Positions 37,744 through 46,516 are shown, counted from the first letter of the stretch. The stretch: DNA of 64,000 bases from Candidatus Aldehydirespirator sp. (GCA_965204415.1 CBDBEL010000001.1:514562-578561); one strand, 5' to 3'. The notes: generated by a model from the letters alone, not told the origin. Numbers and translations are program-made.

Positions 37744-38517
37744 CTAGCGGAACTCGGCCTTGCGGATGCCTTTGGGGTCGATCACGTCGCGGATGAGGTG
37801 GAGTTCCTCGGCGGTGGGCAGGCGGCTGGCTGGGACTTCTTCGGGCACGGCCAGCTCGAAGGGTGTGGCCGCGATCACGTCGTCGACGCTGATGCCGGGG
37901 TGGACGGTCCGCAGGCGCATCCTGCGGTCGGGCGTCTCGAAGTCGTAGGCGGCCAGCTCGGTGACGACCCTGCGGATCTCGTGGAAGCGGCCGCTGGGCT
38001 CGGCCAGCGCGGCCACCCGGTCGTATCCCGGTCCCGACACCACGTCCACGCTCTCGACGAAGGCCCGGGCCTGGTTGGGGACCCAGTAGCTGGTGGTGTG
38101 GTTGATTACGTTGCCGGGCGCGCCCCGCAGGCCGAGGAGCTGGGCCTTGGGCTGCCGGTAGTCCCCGATGGCGGCGAAGTTCTGGTTGCCGTGGCCGTCG
38201 ATCTGGCTGGCGCCCATGACCACATGACGGCGCCCTGCCCAGATCTGGTCGAACACCGTCCGGAACGGGAAGTAGCCCTCGACGACGATGTCGTCGGCGT
38301 TGGCGGGATCGTCCACGATCGTGCCCAGCGGCAGCGTGCCGGCCACCGCGTAGGCGATGGTGTCGGTGAGCATCAGGTCGGGCTCGAAGCTGGCCCGGGC
38401 CAGCCGTCCGGCCGCCACCGGGAACGGGCCCATGGGATGGCACAGCAGCTCGCCGTCCCCCCTGAAGGCCTCGGCCAGCGCCACCAGGCAGATCTCATCG
38501 ATGGTGGCGCCGCTCAT
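37744..38517 (-). CDS. CoA-transferase subunit B (glutaconate/3-oxoacid CoA-transferase family)
   Basis: MSGATIDEICLVALAEAF..; follows subunit A; track ORF trimmed to ATG 38517. Confidence 0.8.
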   Translation of the reverse strand: MSGATIDEICLVALAEAFRGDGELLCHPMGPFPVAAGRLARASFEPDLMLTDTIAYAVAGTLPLGTIVDDPANADDIVVEGYFPFRTVFDQIWAGRRHVVMGASQIDGHGNQNFAAIGDYRQPKAQLLGLRGAPGNVINHTTSYWVPNQARAFVESVDVVSGPGYDRVAALAEPSGRFHEIRRVVTELAAYDFETPDRRMRLRTVHPGISVDDVIAATPFELAVPEEVPASRLPTAEELHLIRDVIDPKGIRKAEFR

Positions 38518-38564
38518 CGCCCCACCCTCGACAGGGGCCTCCTGCCCAACACCCGGCCGCTCAT
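38514..38564 (-). other. candidate relay mini-ORF (16 codons, MSGRVLGRRPLSRVGR)
   Basis: ATG overlaps the CoA-transferase A stop; its TGA overlaps subunit B ATG 38517. Both junctions read GCGATGAGCGGC. Confidence 0.4.
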
Positions 38565-39433
38565 CGCGGCTCTCCCGGGTCGGTGCGCTCGGCCAGGCGA
38601 GCCCGGTAGTCCTCGTGGGAGGGCAGGTCCAGCCAGTCGGCCTTGAACCGGTCCCAGGCCTCGGGGTCACGGGCCGTGGCCGCGTACTCCCGCTGGAAGG
38701 CCTCGTCGCGGCCGTAGTCGGGCAGGCACTCAGTGAAGTGGGCGCCGCCGGGCGCCTCCACCACGCCGTCGGTGTGCAGGCGCGGGATCTTCAGCGTGTG
38801 GACCGATCCCTCCCGAAGGAGCTCCTCAGTGGCCACGATCCGCTCGCACGACATGAACGTGCGCTTGGCCGCCATCGCGAACAGGTCGTCGAAGTACAGG
38901 TCCGGACCGAGGAACTGCCCGTTGCCGGCAGCGTCGGCCCGGTTCATGTGCACCAGCGACACGTCTATGTCGAAGGCGGGAACCGCAACCAACTCGGTCC
39001 CGTCGGCGTAGGGGCTTGTCACGGTCTTGAGCTCGGGGTTGTAGGTGAGCATGTCGGAACCCAGCCCGGCCCGGGTCGGGTAGAAGGGCACCCGGTGGAC
39101 GGCGGCCAGCAGGCCAAGGTAGAAGGCACCCTCGTCGAACTCCCGGGCCTCCACCGAGCCGGTCTGGCGGGCGATCCGGAAGTGCGGCTCGAGCGGGATG
39201 GAGTCGAGCGACACGAACCCGTAGGCGAGCTTGCGGACCCGGCCCGCCGCGCACAGCAGCCCCACGTCAGGCCCGCCGTAGCTGACGACGTGCAGGTCGT
39301 CCAGCCCGCTGCGAAGGATGGCCCGAAGCAGCGACATCGGCTTGCGGCGCGACCCCCACCCGCCGATGCCGATGGTCATGCCGCTGCTGAGCTCCGCGAC
39401 GACCTCGTCCTCCGTCATCCGCTTGTCGGCCAC
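38561..39433 (-). CDS. CoA-transferase subunit A
   Basis: ..GMTIGIGGWGSRRKP..; start is GTG 39433 or ATG 39418; the rest of track ORF (to 40156) shadows the SDR on the + strand. Confidence 0.8.
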   Translation of the reverse strand: MADKRMTEDEVVAELSSGMTIGIGGWGSRRKPMSLLRAILRSGLDDLHVVSYGGPDVGLLCAAGRVRKLAYGFVSLDSIPLEPHFRIARQTGSVEAREFDEGAFYLGLLAAVHRVPFYPTRAGLGSDMLTYNPELKTVTSPYADGTELVAVPAFDIDVSLVHMNRADAAGNGQFLGPDLYFDDLFAMAAKRTFMSCERIVATEELLREGSVHTLKIPRLHTDGVVEAPGGAHFTECLPDYGRDEAFQREYAATARDPEAWDRFKADWLDLPSHEDYRARLAERTDPGEPR

Positions 39434-39577
39434 CGCCCGACCGTAGAGCGCCAGCGGTCCTACCGCTACTCCCGCCGGGCACGAACTTGCAGCACAATGC
39501 CCGCATACCGTGCACAACACTGCCAATCCTCCGGCGGCGATAGCTTCGAGGCACGCCTGCCCACCTGGGAGAGTTGC

Positions 39578-40384
39578 GTGGCCGACAATCCGCTCGACAT
39601 GACCGGCCGGACCGTGATCGTGACCGGGGCCACCATGGGCCTCGGCCGGGTGATCGCCACCAGGTTCCTGGACCAGGGCAGCGATGTGGTCGTCTGCGCC
39701 CGCCGCGAGCCCGATGAGCCGGTGGCTGCGGCCGGGCGGGAGGCGGTCTTCGTGGCCGCCGATGTGCGCGACCCCGAGCAGGTGGCCGCGGTGGTGGAAC
39801 ACGCCGTGGACCGCACCGGCCGGATCGACGTTCTGGTCAACAACGCCGGAGGTGCCCCACCCGCCGAGTCCGCAACCGTCTCGCCCCGGTTCAACGAGAA
39901 GATCGTCGCCCTCAACCTGCTGGCCCCGCTGACCTTCGCGCAGGCAGTCCACCCCGTGATGAGCGCCCAGGACGGTGGCGGCGCGATCATCAACATCTCG
40001 TCGGTGTCGAGCATCCGCCCTTCGCCGGCCAGCGCGGCCTACGGCGCGGCCAAGGCGGGACTGGACAGCCTCACCCGGACGCTGGCCCACGAGTGGGGCC
40101 CGTCCATCCGGGTCTTGAGCGTCCTGGTCGGGCTGCTGCGCACCGAGCAGGCCCACCTCTACTACGGCGACGAGGCCGGGATCGAGGCCGTAGGCCGCAC
40201 CCTGGCGCTGGGCCGGCTCGGCACCCCCGACGAGATCGCCGACGTGGTGCTGTTCTGCGCCTCGCCCCTCGCCTCATACATGTCGGGGGCCTCGGTTCCG
40301 GTGCACGGCGGCGGCGAGGTGCCCTCCTACCTGCTAGCCACCACCGGCGACGTGGCTGCCTACCGCCCCGGCTCGAAGCCGTGA
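39578..40384 (+). CDS. SDR-family oxidoreductase
   Basis: VTGATMGLGRV, NNAG, YGAAKAG; GTG 39578 after GGGAGAG. Confidence 0.85.
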   Translation: MADNPLDMTGRTVIVTGATMGLGRVIATRFLDQGSDVVVCARREPDEPVAAAGREAVFVAADVRDPEQVAAVVEHAVDRTGRIDVLVNNAGGAPPAESATVSPRFNEKIVALNLLAPLTFAQAVHPVMSAQDGGGAIINISSVSSIRPSPASAAYGAAKAGLDSLTRTLAHEWGPSIRVLSVLVGLLRTEQAHLYYGDEAGIEAVGRTLALGRLGTPDEIADVVLFCASPLASYMSGASVPVHGGGEVPSYLLATTGDVAAYRPGSKP

Positions 40385-40488
40385 GAATCCTGGGCCGCAG
40401 GCTGGCGGGCCGCGGCAACCCGACGAAACCAGTGAGCGAACAGAACGCTCGCGTGAGAATCCTGGGCCGCAGGCTGGCGGGCCGCGGC
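40380..40488 (+). repeat. junction duplication, two identical 37-nt copies with period 72
   Basis: cgtgagaatcctgggccgcaggctggcgggccgcggc at 40380-40416 and 40452-40488. Confidence 0.95.
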
Positions 40489-40806
40489 GCAGTGCTCCTG
40501 GTCGGGGTGGCTGCCCTGCTGGTCGGCGTCCAGGCCGGTACCGCTGCCCACGAGGGCGAGGATGAGCCACTCCCGGTCGACACCGGAGACGACCTGAGGC
40601 CCGTCTACGAGATCCCCGCCGGCGCCGACCGGATCATCGGCTCCCCCGACCCCGGACCCGACCCCCAGCACTCCGGCGACCGGGGCGGCAGCCTGCAGTT
40701 CGTGACCCTGGGCGGGGTGGCCGTCGCGGTCGCCTTCATCATGTGGCGCATCGCCCGCGCCGCGCGGCGGTCGCCTCATCACGCCTCGACCGAGGCCGGC
40801 AACTGA
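40381..40806 (+). CDS. small exported protein with C-terminal membrane anchor, function unknown
   Basis: Signal-like RILGRRLAGRGAVLLVGVAALLVGVQAGTAA, C-terminal TM LGGVAVAVAFIMW. Start is GTG 40381 (GTGA overlap) or its in-frame duplicate GTG 40453. Confidence 0.5.
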   Translation: MRILGRRLAGRGNPTKPVSEQNARVRILGRRLAGRGAVLLVGVAALLVGVQAGTAAHEGEDEPLPVDTGDDLRPVYEIPAGADRIIGSPDPGPDPQHSGDRGGSLQFVTLGGVAVAVAFIMWRIARAARRSPHHASTEAGN

Positions 40807-40836
40807 CTCCCCCACCTGCCACGATTTAAAAACCCG

Positions 40837-40856
40837 ATAAATCTGATCAGATTTAT
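40837..40856. promoter_or_regulatory. perfect 20-bp AT-rich palindrome ATAAATCTGATCAGATTTAT, candidate operator upstream of the siroheme/sulfite reductase operon
   Basis: Sits in a 120-bp AT-rich intergenic island within GC-rich DNA, 71 nt upstream of ATG 40927. Confidence 0.55.
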
Positions 40857-40906
40857 GTTGTATTGGCCCTGAGGGCGGGCTACCCTCCCCATTCCCGACC
40901 ATTCTT

Positions 40907-40928
40907 ATCAGGTTTATCGGATTCTGAT
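40907..40928. promoter_or_regulatory. second related site ATCAGGTTTATCGGATTCTGAT (ATCAG..CTGAT ends), overlapping the start codon
   Basis: Shares CCGATAAA(T/C)CTGAT with the first site in inverted orientation. Confidence 0.4.
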
Positions 40929-41697
40929 GGCCACGACTCCAACCCCATACCCCGCCAACCTCCTACTCGCCGGCCAGCCCGTGCTGGTTGTCGGCGGCGG
41001 CCCCGTCGCGGCCCGCAAAGTGGGCGCGCTGCTCGCGGCCGGCGCCCGTGTGACCGTGGTCGCCCCGGCCGCGGCCGCCTCCGTTGCGGAGCAGCCCGGC
41101 GTGACCTGGCTTCGGCGGAGCTACCAGCCACCGGAGGCGGGCTCCTACCGGCTGGTGGTCACGGCCACGAACGACGCTGCGGTCAACGCCCGGGTGGCCC
41201 GGGACTGCGAGGCCGCCAACGTGTTCGTCAACTCCGCCGACGATCCGGCCAACTGCACCTTCACCCTGCCGTCGGTGGCCCGGCGCGAGCACCTGCAGGT
41301 GACCGTCTCCACCGGTGGGCGCAGCCCCGCGCTGGCCCGCTGGCTCCGCCGCCGCATCGAGCGGGAGATCGACTCCGGCTACGCCAAGCTGCTGGAACTG
41401 CTGGCCGAGACCAGGGCTGAGGCCAGGACTGCTTTCGGCACATCGGAGCTACCGGGCTGGGAGGCCGCCCTCGACGGCGGGCTGCTCGAGCTCGTGAGAG
41501 TCGGGCGCGTCGGCGAGGCCAGATCGCTCCTGCGTCGCCATCTCGGACTCGACACGCCTGGACTCGACACGCGCGGACTCGACACGCCTGGACTCGACAC
41601 GCGCGGACTCGACACGCGCGGACTCGACACGCCTGGACTCGACACGCGCGGACTCGACACACTTGAGGCCGCCTCCCCGGAGGCGCTGGCGTCGTGA
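40927..41697 (+). CDS. precorrin-2 dehydrogenase/sirohydrochlorin ferrochelatase (SirC/CysG N-domain type) with C-terminal GLDT(R/P) repeat tail
   Basis: Rossmann VVGGGPVAARK, NVFVNSADDP; 8 pentapeptide repeats at the C-terminus. Confidence 0.8.
   Translation: MATTPTPYPANLLLAGQPVLVVGGGPVAARKVGALLAAGARVTVVAPAAAASVAEQPGVTWLRRSYQPPEAGSYRLVVTATNDAAVNARVARDCEAANVFVNSADDPANCTFTLPSVARREHLQVTVSTGGRSPALARWLRRRIEREIDSGYAKLLELLAETRAEARTAFGTSELPGWEAALDGGLLELVRVGRVGEARSLLRRHLGLDTPGLDTRGLDTPGLDTRGLDTRGLDTPGLDTRGLDTLEAASPEALAS
41545..41664 (+). repeat. 15-bp coding tandem repeat x8 (GGACTCGACACGCSY)
   Basis: Encodes GLDTP/GLDTR x8 at the C-terminus of 40927-41697. Confidence 0.95.
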
Positions 41698-42455
41698 CCG
41701 TTCATCTTGTGGGCGCGGGTCCCGGCGACCCCGACCTGCTCACCGTCCGGGCCGTCAACCTGCTTCGCAAGGCCGACACGGTGGTCTACGACCGGCTCGT
41801 CGATCCGGCCGCGCTCGATCTGGCGCCACCGTGGGCCGAGCTCATCGGCGTAGGCAAGACGCCCGGTGCGCCCAGCCCTTCCCAGGACGAGATAAGCGCC
41901 ATCCTCATCGACCGGGGCCGCCGGTTCTCCTGCGTCGTGCGGCTCAAGGGCGGCGACCCGTTCGTGTTCGGACGGGGCGGCGAGGAGGCGGCCGCCCTGC
42001 GAGCCGCCGGTCTCGAAGTCGAGGTGGTCCCCGGTGTCACCTCGGCGGTGGCCGCACCGGCTGCGGCCGGCATACCGGTCACCCTGCGAGGCGTCGCCAG
42101 CGGCTTCACCGTCGTCACCGCCCACCAGGACCCGTCGTCGGACCGGTGGCTCGACTGGGACGCCCTGGCCCGGGCCGGCACCACGCTGGTGATCCTGATG
42201 GGCGCGGCCCGGGCCGAGCAGATCGCCGACCGGCTGCGGGCCGGCGGCATGGCCGGCGACACCCCGGTCGCGGTCATCAGCGCGGCCACGACCCGCGACC
42301 AGACCATTGACCGCACCGACCTCTCGGGCCTGCGCCGCCTCCGGGTGGCCAGCCCGGCCACGATCGTGGTCGGCGCGGTCGCGGCCACCGACGTGCTGGC
42401 CGGATCAGAACTCGCGTCCATCGGCGCCCCGACACCCCAAGGAGCCGTGCCATGA
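41694..42455 (+). CDS. cobA: uroporphyrinogen-III C-methyltransferase
   Basis: VGAGPGDPDLLT, KGGDPFVFGRGGEE, VPGVTS; GTGA overlap with the upstream gene. Confidence 0.9.
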   Translation: MTVHLVGAGPGDPDLLTVRAVNLLRKADTVVYDRLVDPAALDLAPPWAELIGVGKTPGAPSPSQDEISAILIDRGRRFSCVVRLKGGDPFVFGRGGEEAAALRAAGLEVEVVPGVTSAVAAPAAAGIPVTLRGVASGFTVVTAHQDPSSDRWLDWDALARAGTTLVILMGAARAEQIADRLRAGGMAGDTPVAVISAATTRDQTIDRTDLSGLRRLRVASPATIVVGAVAATDVLAGSELASIGAPTPQGAVP

Positions 42456-42567
42456 CCCTGCTTGAGCCACGCACCGCCGCCTCGACGCAAACCGAGCGGC
42501 CAGACCCCCCGACACCCAAGGAGCTGTGCCATGACCCTGCTTGAGCCACGCACCGCCGCTTCGACGC
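42427..42567 (+). repeat. junction duplication, two ~61-nt copies with period ~79
   Basis: ccccgacacc(c)caaggagc(c/t)gtgccatgaccctgcttgagccacgcaccgccgc(c/t)tcgacgc. Confidence 0.9.
42452..42544 (+). other. candidate leader mini-ORF (30 codons) from the duplicated sulfite reductase start
   Basis: ATG overlaps the cobA stop (ATGA); stops 14 nt inside the 42531 CDS. Confidence 0.3.
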
Positions 42568-44363
42568 CGGCCGCGCCGACTGGGCCGCCGACCGCCCGAG
42601 GCGTGGTCGACCCCGAGATACGAGCCGACGTCGACAAGTACAAGCAGCAATATGAGCGGTTCTTGAGCGGCGAGTTGAGCGACGACGTGTTCCGGGTGTT
42701 CCGGCTCACCAACGGCATCTACGGGCAGCGCCAGGGCGGCACCAACCAGATGGTGCGGGTCAAGGTGCCCTACGGGTCGATCCAGCCCGACCAGCTCGAG
42801 ATGCTGGGCTGGCTGGTCGACGCCTACAGCCGGGGATGGGGCCACATCACCACCCGCCAGAACATCCAGTTCCACTTCGTGCAGCTCGACCGGATCCCCG
42901 AGGTTCTCGAGCATCTGGCGTCGGTGGGCCTCACCACCCGGGAGGCCTGCGGCGACACGGTCCGCAACGTCCAGGGCTGCCACCTCGCCGGCGCCTGCCC
43001 CCACGAGATCCTCGACATCACGCCGTGGGCTGAGGCCACCTACCGGCACTTCGTGCGCAACCCGATCAGCCAGCGGTTGCCCCGCAAGTTCAAGATCAAC
43101 TTCTCGGGCTGCGAGTCCGACTGCGGCCAGGCGATGTTCAACGACGTCGGCGTGATCGGCGTAGTCCGCCATACCGAGACCGGTGAGGTGGAGCGGGGCT
43201 TCAAGGTATTCATCGCGGGCGGTCTCGGCACCACGCCCCACCCTGCCCTGGCCCTCGAGGACTTCACTCCCCGCGAGGAGCTGCTTCCCACCATCGAGGC
43301 CTGCCTGCGGGTCTTCGATCAGGCCGGCAACCGCGACAACAAGCTGCGGGCCCGCATGAAGTGGCTGGTCGACACCCTCGGCTTCGAGGAGGTCCAGCGG
43401 CGGGTGCTGACCCAGCGCAAGTTCCTGGTGGCCTCCACCTCCTGGCCGGGCGGGATCCCCGCCGAGGTGCAGGCCGGCGGGGACGACCCGGCCGGCACAG
43501 GCGACGACCAGGACCAGGTCACCGCCATCGGCCACGGCACCCCGGTGACCATAGGCACCGGCAGCGCCTACGAGCGCTGGGAACGGGCCAACGTTGTGCG
43601 CGGCGTGCGCGACGGCACCGTCTCGGTGTACGCCCAGGCCCATCTCGGTGACATCACCGGGGACCAGTTCCGCGCCCTGGCCGCCCTGCAGCGGGACCTC
43701 GGCACGGACGTGCGCCTGACCAACCGCCAGAACGTGGTGTTCAGGGGCATCCACGCCGAGGACCTCCCCCTGGTCTTCGAACGGCTGAGCAGCATGGACA
43801 TGGCCCAGCCCGGCGCCGAGCTGTCCCGCGACGTGGTGGCCTGCCCCGGATCGGATACCTGCAACCTGGCCGTCACCCAGAGCCGCGGACTGGGCCACGC
43901 CATCGGCGAGCGCCTGGAGTCCGAGGGCTTGGCCGACGTGGGCGGCATCCGCATCAACATCTCGGGATGCCCCAACTCCTGCGGCCAGCACCACGCGTCG
44001 GACATCGGGTTCTTCGGAGCGGAGCGCCGGGTTCACGGACGCAGCGCGCCCGGCTACCAGATGCTGCTCGGCGGCCACATCGGCTCACAGCAGATGCACT
44101 TCGGCGAGAAGGCCCTGCGCCTGCCCGCCCGAAACGCTCCCGAGGCCACCGCCCGGGTGATCCGGCGCTTCACCGAGGAGCGCCAGGCCGGCGAGAAGTT
44201 CAGGGACTGGATGCAGCGGGCCGGCGGGGCCCGCGCCGTGGCCGCGGGCCTCAAAGACCTCGACGAGTTCCCCGCCTACGACGACGACCCGTCCTTCTAC
44301 GTCGACTTCGACGAGACCGGCCCCTACACGGTGGAGACCGGCGCCTCGGAGTGCGCTACCTGA
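42531..44363 (+). CDS. sulfite/nitrite reductase hemoprotein (ferredoxin-dependent, siroheme-[4Fe-4S])
   Basis: ATG 42531 after AAGGAG. Cluster Cys motifs CPGSDTCNLA and GCPNSCGQH. Confidence 0.9.
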   Translation: MTLLEPRTAASTPAAPTGPPTARGVVDPEIRADVDKYKQQYERFLSGELSDDVFRVFRLTNGIYGQRQGGTNQMVRVKVPYGSIQPDQLEMLGWLVDAYSRGWGHITTRQNIQFHFVQLDRIPEVLEHLASVGLTTREACGDTVRNVQGCHLAGACPHEILDITPWAEATYRHFVRNPISQRLPRKFKINFSGCESDCGQAMFNDVGVIGVVRHTETGEVERGFKVFIAGGLGTTPHPALALEDFTPREELLPTIEACLRVFDQAGNRDNKLRARMKWLVDTLGFEEVQRRVLTQRKFLVASTSWPGGIPAEVQAGGDDPAGTGDDQDQVTAIGHGTPVTIGTGSAYERWERANVVRGVRDGTVSVYAQAHLGDITGDQFRALAALQRDLGTDVRLTNRQNVVFRGIHAEDLPLVFERLSSMDMAQPGAELSRDVVACPGSDTCNLAVTQSRGLGHAIGERLESEGLADVGGIRINISGCPNSCGQHHASDIGFFGAERRVHGRSAPGYQMLLGGHIGSQQMHFGEKALRLPARNAPEATARVIRRFTEERQAGEKFRDWMQRAGGARAVAAGLKDLDEFPAYDDDPSFYVDFDETGPYTVETGASECAT

Positions 44364-44390
44364 ACCAACCCACGGCAAATCCCTGGGCTG

Positions 44391-44409
44391 GAGGACCTCC
44401 ACGGTCCTC
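44391..44409. terminator. hairpin between convergent genes (sulfite reductase and oppF-like)
   Basis: GAGGACC tccac GGTCCTC, 7-bp stem; no U-tract. Confidence 0.35.
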
Positions 44410-44426
44410 AGCTACAGGAATTTCGG

Positions 44427-45434
44427 TCATCGGGCGCTGATCTCGACGGCCACGGGGTGGTGGCAGGCGACGTAGTGGTCGGCGTCGCCGACCTGCTCGG
44501 TGGCCGGCTCGACCTCACGGCACACCTCGGTGGCCCGCGGACACCGGGTGTGGAACCGGCAGCCGCTAGGCGGCGCGGTTGCCGAGGGGAGCTCGCCCTC
44601 GATGTCGCCCTCGCTCACGTCCACGGTGGGGGCCGGCTCGGGAATCGAGGCCAGCAGGGCCCGGGTGTAGGGATGGGCCGGGCGGGCGTAGATCTCGTCG
44701 GTGCTGCCGATCTCGCACACCTTGCCCAGGTACATGACCACGATCCGGTCGCTGACGTTCTTCACCACCGACAGGTCGTGGGAGATGAACAGCACCGTCA
44801 GGCCGTAGCGGCCCTTCATGTCCCGGATCAGGTTGAGGATCTGGGCCTGTATGGACACGTCGAGAGCCGAGACCGGCTCGTCGCAGATCAGCACCTTGGG
44901 GTCGAGAGCCAGAGCCCGGGCGATGCCGATGCGCTGGCATTGGCCGCCGGAGAACTCGTGCGGGCGCCGGGCGCCGAACCTCGCCTCCACCCCGACGGCC
45001 TCCATCAGCTCGTCGACGCGGTCACGGCTCCAGGATCCGACCTCGTCGCCCCACACCACCAGCCCCTCGGCGATCACGTCGCGCACCCGGCGGCGGGGGT
45101 TGAGCGACGAGATGGGGTCCTGGAAGATCATCTGCAGGCTGGGCCGCACTTTGCGCAGGTCCTCTCCCTCGAGGCCGGCGAGGTCCTGGCCCTGGAAGCT
45201 CACCTCGCCGTTGGCGATGTCCACCAGGCGGATGATGGCCCGGGCCACCGTCGACTTCCCGCACCCCGACTCGCCCACGATTCCGAGGGTCTCGCCCTCG
45301 GCGACGTCGAAGGTCACCTCCGAGACGGCATGCACGACACGCTTGCGTCCCGCCGGGAACTGCACCACCAGGTCCTTGACCCGCAGGAGCACGTCGTCGC
45401 GGTCGCGCAATTGGGCGTGGCCCGTCCCGGCCAT
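44427..45434 (-). CDS. oligopeptide/dipeptide-type ABC transporter ATP-binding protein (OppF/DppF-like)
   Basis: GESGCGKST, FSGGQCQR, ICDEP; C-terminal Cys-rich oligopeptide extension. Confidence 0.9.
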   Translation of the reverse strand: MAGTGHAQLRDRDDVLLRVKDLVVQFPAGRKRVVHAVSEVTFDVAEGETLGIVGESGCGKSTVARAIIRLVDIANGEVSFQGQDLAGLEGEDLRKVRPSLQMIFQDPISSLNPRRRVRDVIAEGLVVWGDEVGSWSRDRVDELMEAVGVEARFGARRPHEFSGGQCQRIGIARALALDPKVLICDEPVSALDVSIQAQILNLIRDMKGRYGLTVLFISHDLSVVKNVSDRIVVMYLGKVCEIGSTDEIYARPAHPYTRALLASIPEPAPTVDVSEGDIEGELPSATAPPSGCRFHTRCPRATEVCREVEPATEQVGDADHYVACHHPVAVEISAR

Positions 45435-46516
45435 CAGCGGGCCCCCTCCGGATTCCCGGTAAGCGGCAGCCCCGCCGCAGTCACTCCCGCGGCCCGGTTG
45501 GACGCGACCGCGGCCTCGCCCCGCTCGGTGCCGGTCGGGTGCAGGCAGGCGAAGCGGTGCAGGCCGACCAGGCCGCTCAACTCGGGAACACCGTCGAGGC
45601 AGTCGGTCCGGGCGTAGATGCAGCGGGGCGCGAATGCGCAGGCGTCGGGCGGGTCGACCAGCTCGGGCGGCCGGCCCGGGATGGGATCGAGGCGATGGTG
45701 GACGGGGTCGTCGATCCGGGGAATGGAGCGCAGCAGCGCCTCGGTGTAGGGATGGCGCATGTCGAAGAACAGAGTCCGGGCGTCGGCCGTCTCCACCAGG
45801 CGGCCCGCGTACATGACGGCCACGTCGTCGGCCCGGCCGTGGGCCACTCCGAGGTCGTGGGTGATGAGGATCATCGACATCCCCCGGTCGCGGCGCAGCC
45901 GGTCCAGCAGGTCCAGCAGGTGCTTCTGCACGGTGACGTCCACCGCGGTGGTGGGCTCGTCCGCGATCAGCAGCCGGGGCTGGCAGGCCAGCGCCATGGC
46001 GATCACCACCCGCTGGCGCAGCCCACCCGACAGCTCGTGCGGGTACTGCGACACCCTCCTGCCCGGCTCGGGGATCCCCACCTGATCCAGCAGGTCCTCG
46101 GCCTCCTGCAGGGCATCGGCGCGGGAGCGGCCGAGGTGGTAGCGGAGGGTCTCGGCGATCTGCTCCCCCACCCTCTTGACCGGGTTGAGCGATGTCATCG
46201 GATCCTGGAACACCATCGTCATCTGCACGCCGAAGAAGTGCTTCGTGCCCGCCGCGGCCAGGGCCCGGACGTCCTGGCCGTCGTAGATCACGTCGCCGCT
46301 GACGAGGGCGCTGCGGGGCAACAGGTTCATCAGCGTCTTGGCGGTCACCGACTTGCCCGAACCCGACTCGCCCACGATGGCCAGGGTGTGACCCTCGTAC
46401 AGGTCGAAGCTGACGCCGTTGACCGCGTTGACCGTCCCCCGCTCGGTGGGGAACCGGACGTGAAGGTCCCGGACCGACAGCAGCGGGGCGGGAGCGGGGG
46501 CGGCTTCGGGGGCCAT
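45434..46516 (-). CDS. oligopeptide/dipeptide-type ABC transporter ATP-binding protein (OppD/DppD-like)
   Basis: GESGSGKS, LSGGLRQR, LIADEP; TGATG 1-nt overlaps at both ends. Confidence 0.9.
   Translation of the reverse strand: MAPEAAPAPAPLLSVRDLHVRFPTERGTVNAVNGVSFDLYEGHTLAIVGESGSGKSVTAKTLMNLLPRSALVSGDVIYDGQDVRALAAAGTKHFFGVQMTMVFQDPMTSLNPVKRVGEQIAETLRYHLGRSRADALQEAEDLLDQVGIPEPGRRVSQYPHELSGGLRQRVVIAMALACQPRLLIADEPTTAVDVTVQKHLLDLLDRLRRDRGMSMILITHDLGVAHGRADDVAVMYAGRLVETADARTLFFDMRHPYTEALLRSIPRIDDPVHHRLDPIPGRPPELVDPPDACAFAPRCIYARTDCLDGVPELSGLVGLHRFACLHPTGTERGEAAVASNRAAGVTAAGLPLTGNPEGAR

Noticed and set aside
40453-40806. Choosing the second GTG (40453) as the definite start of the small exported protein
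   Set aside because: Both GTGs sit in identical 37-nt contexts and are in frame, so the sequence alone cannot decide. The feature is reported from 40381 with the ambiguity stated.
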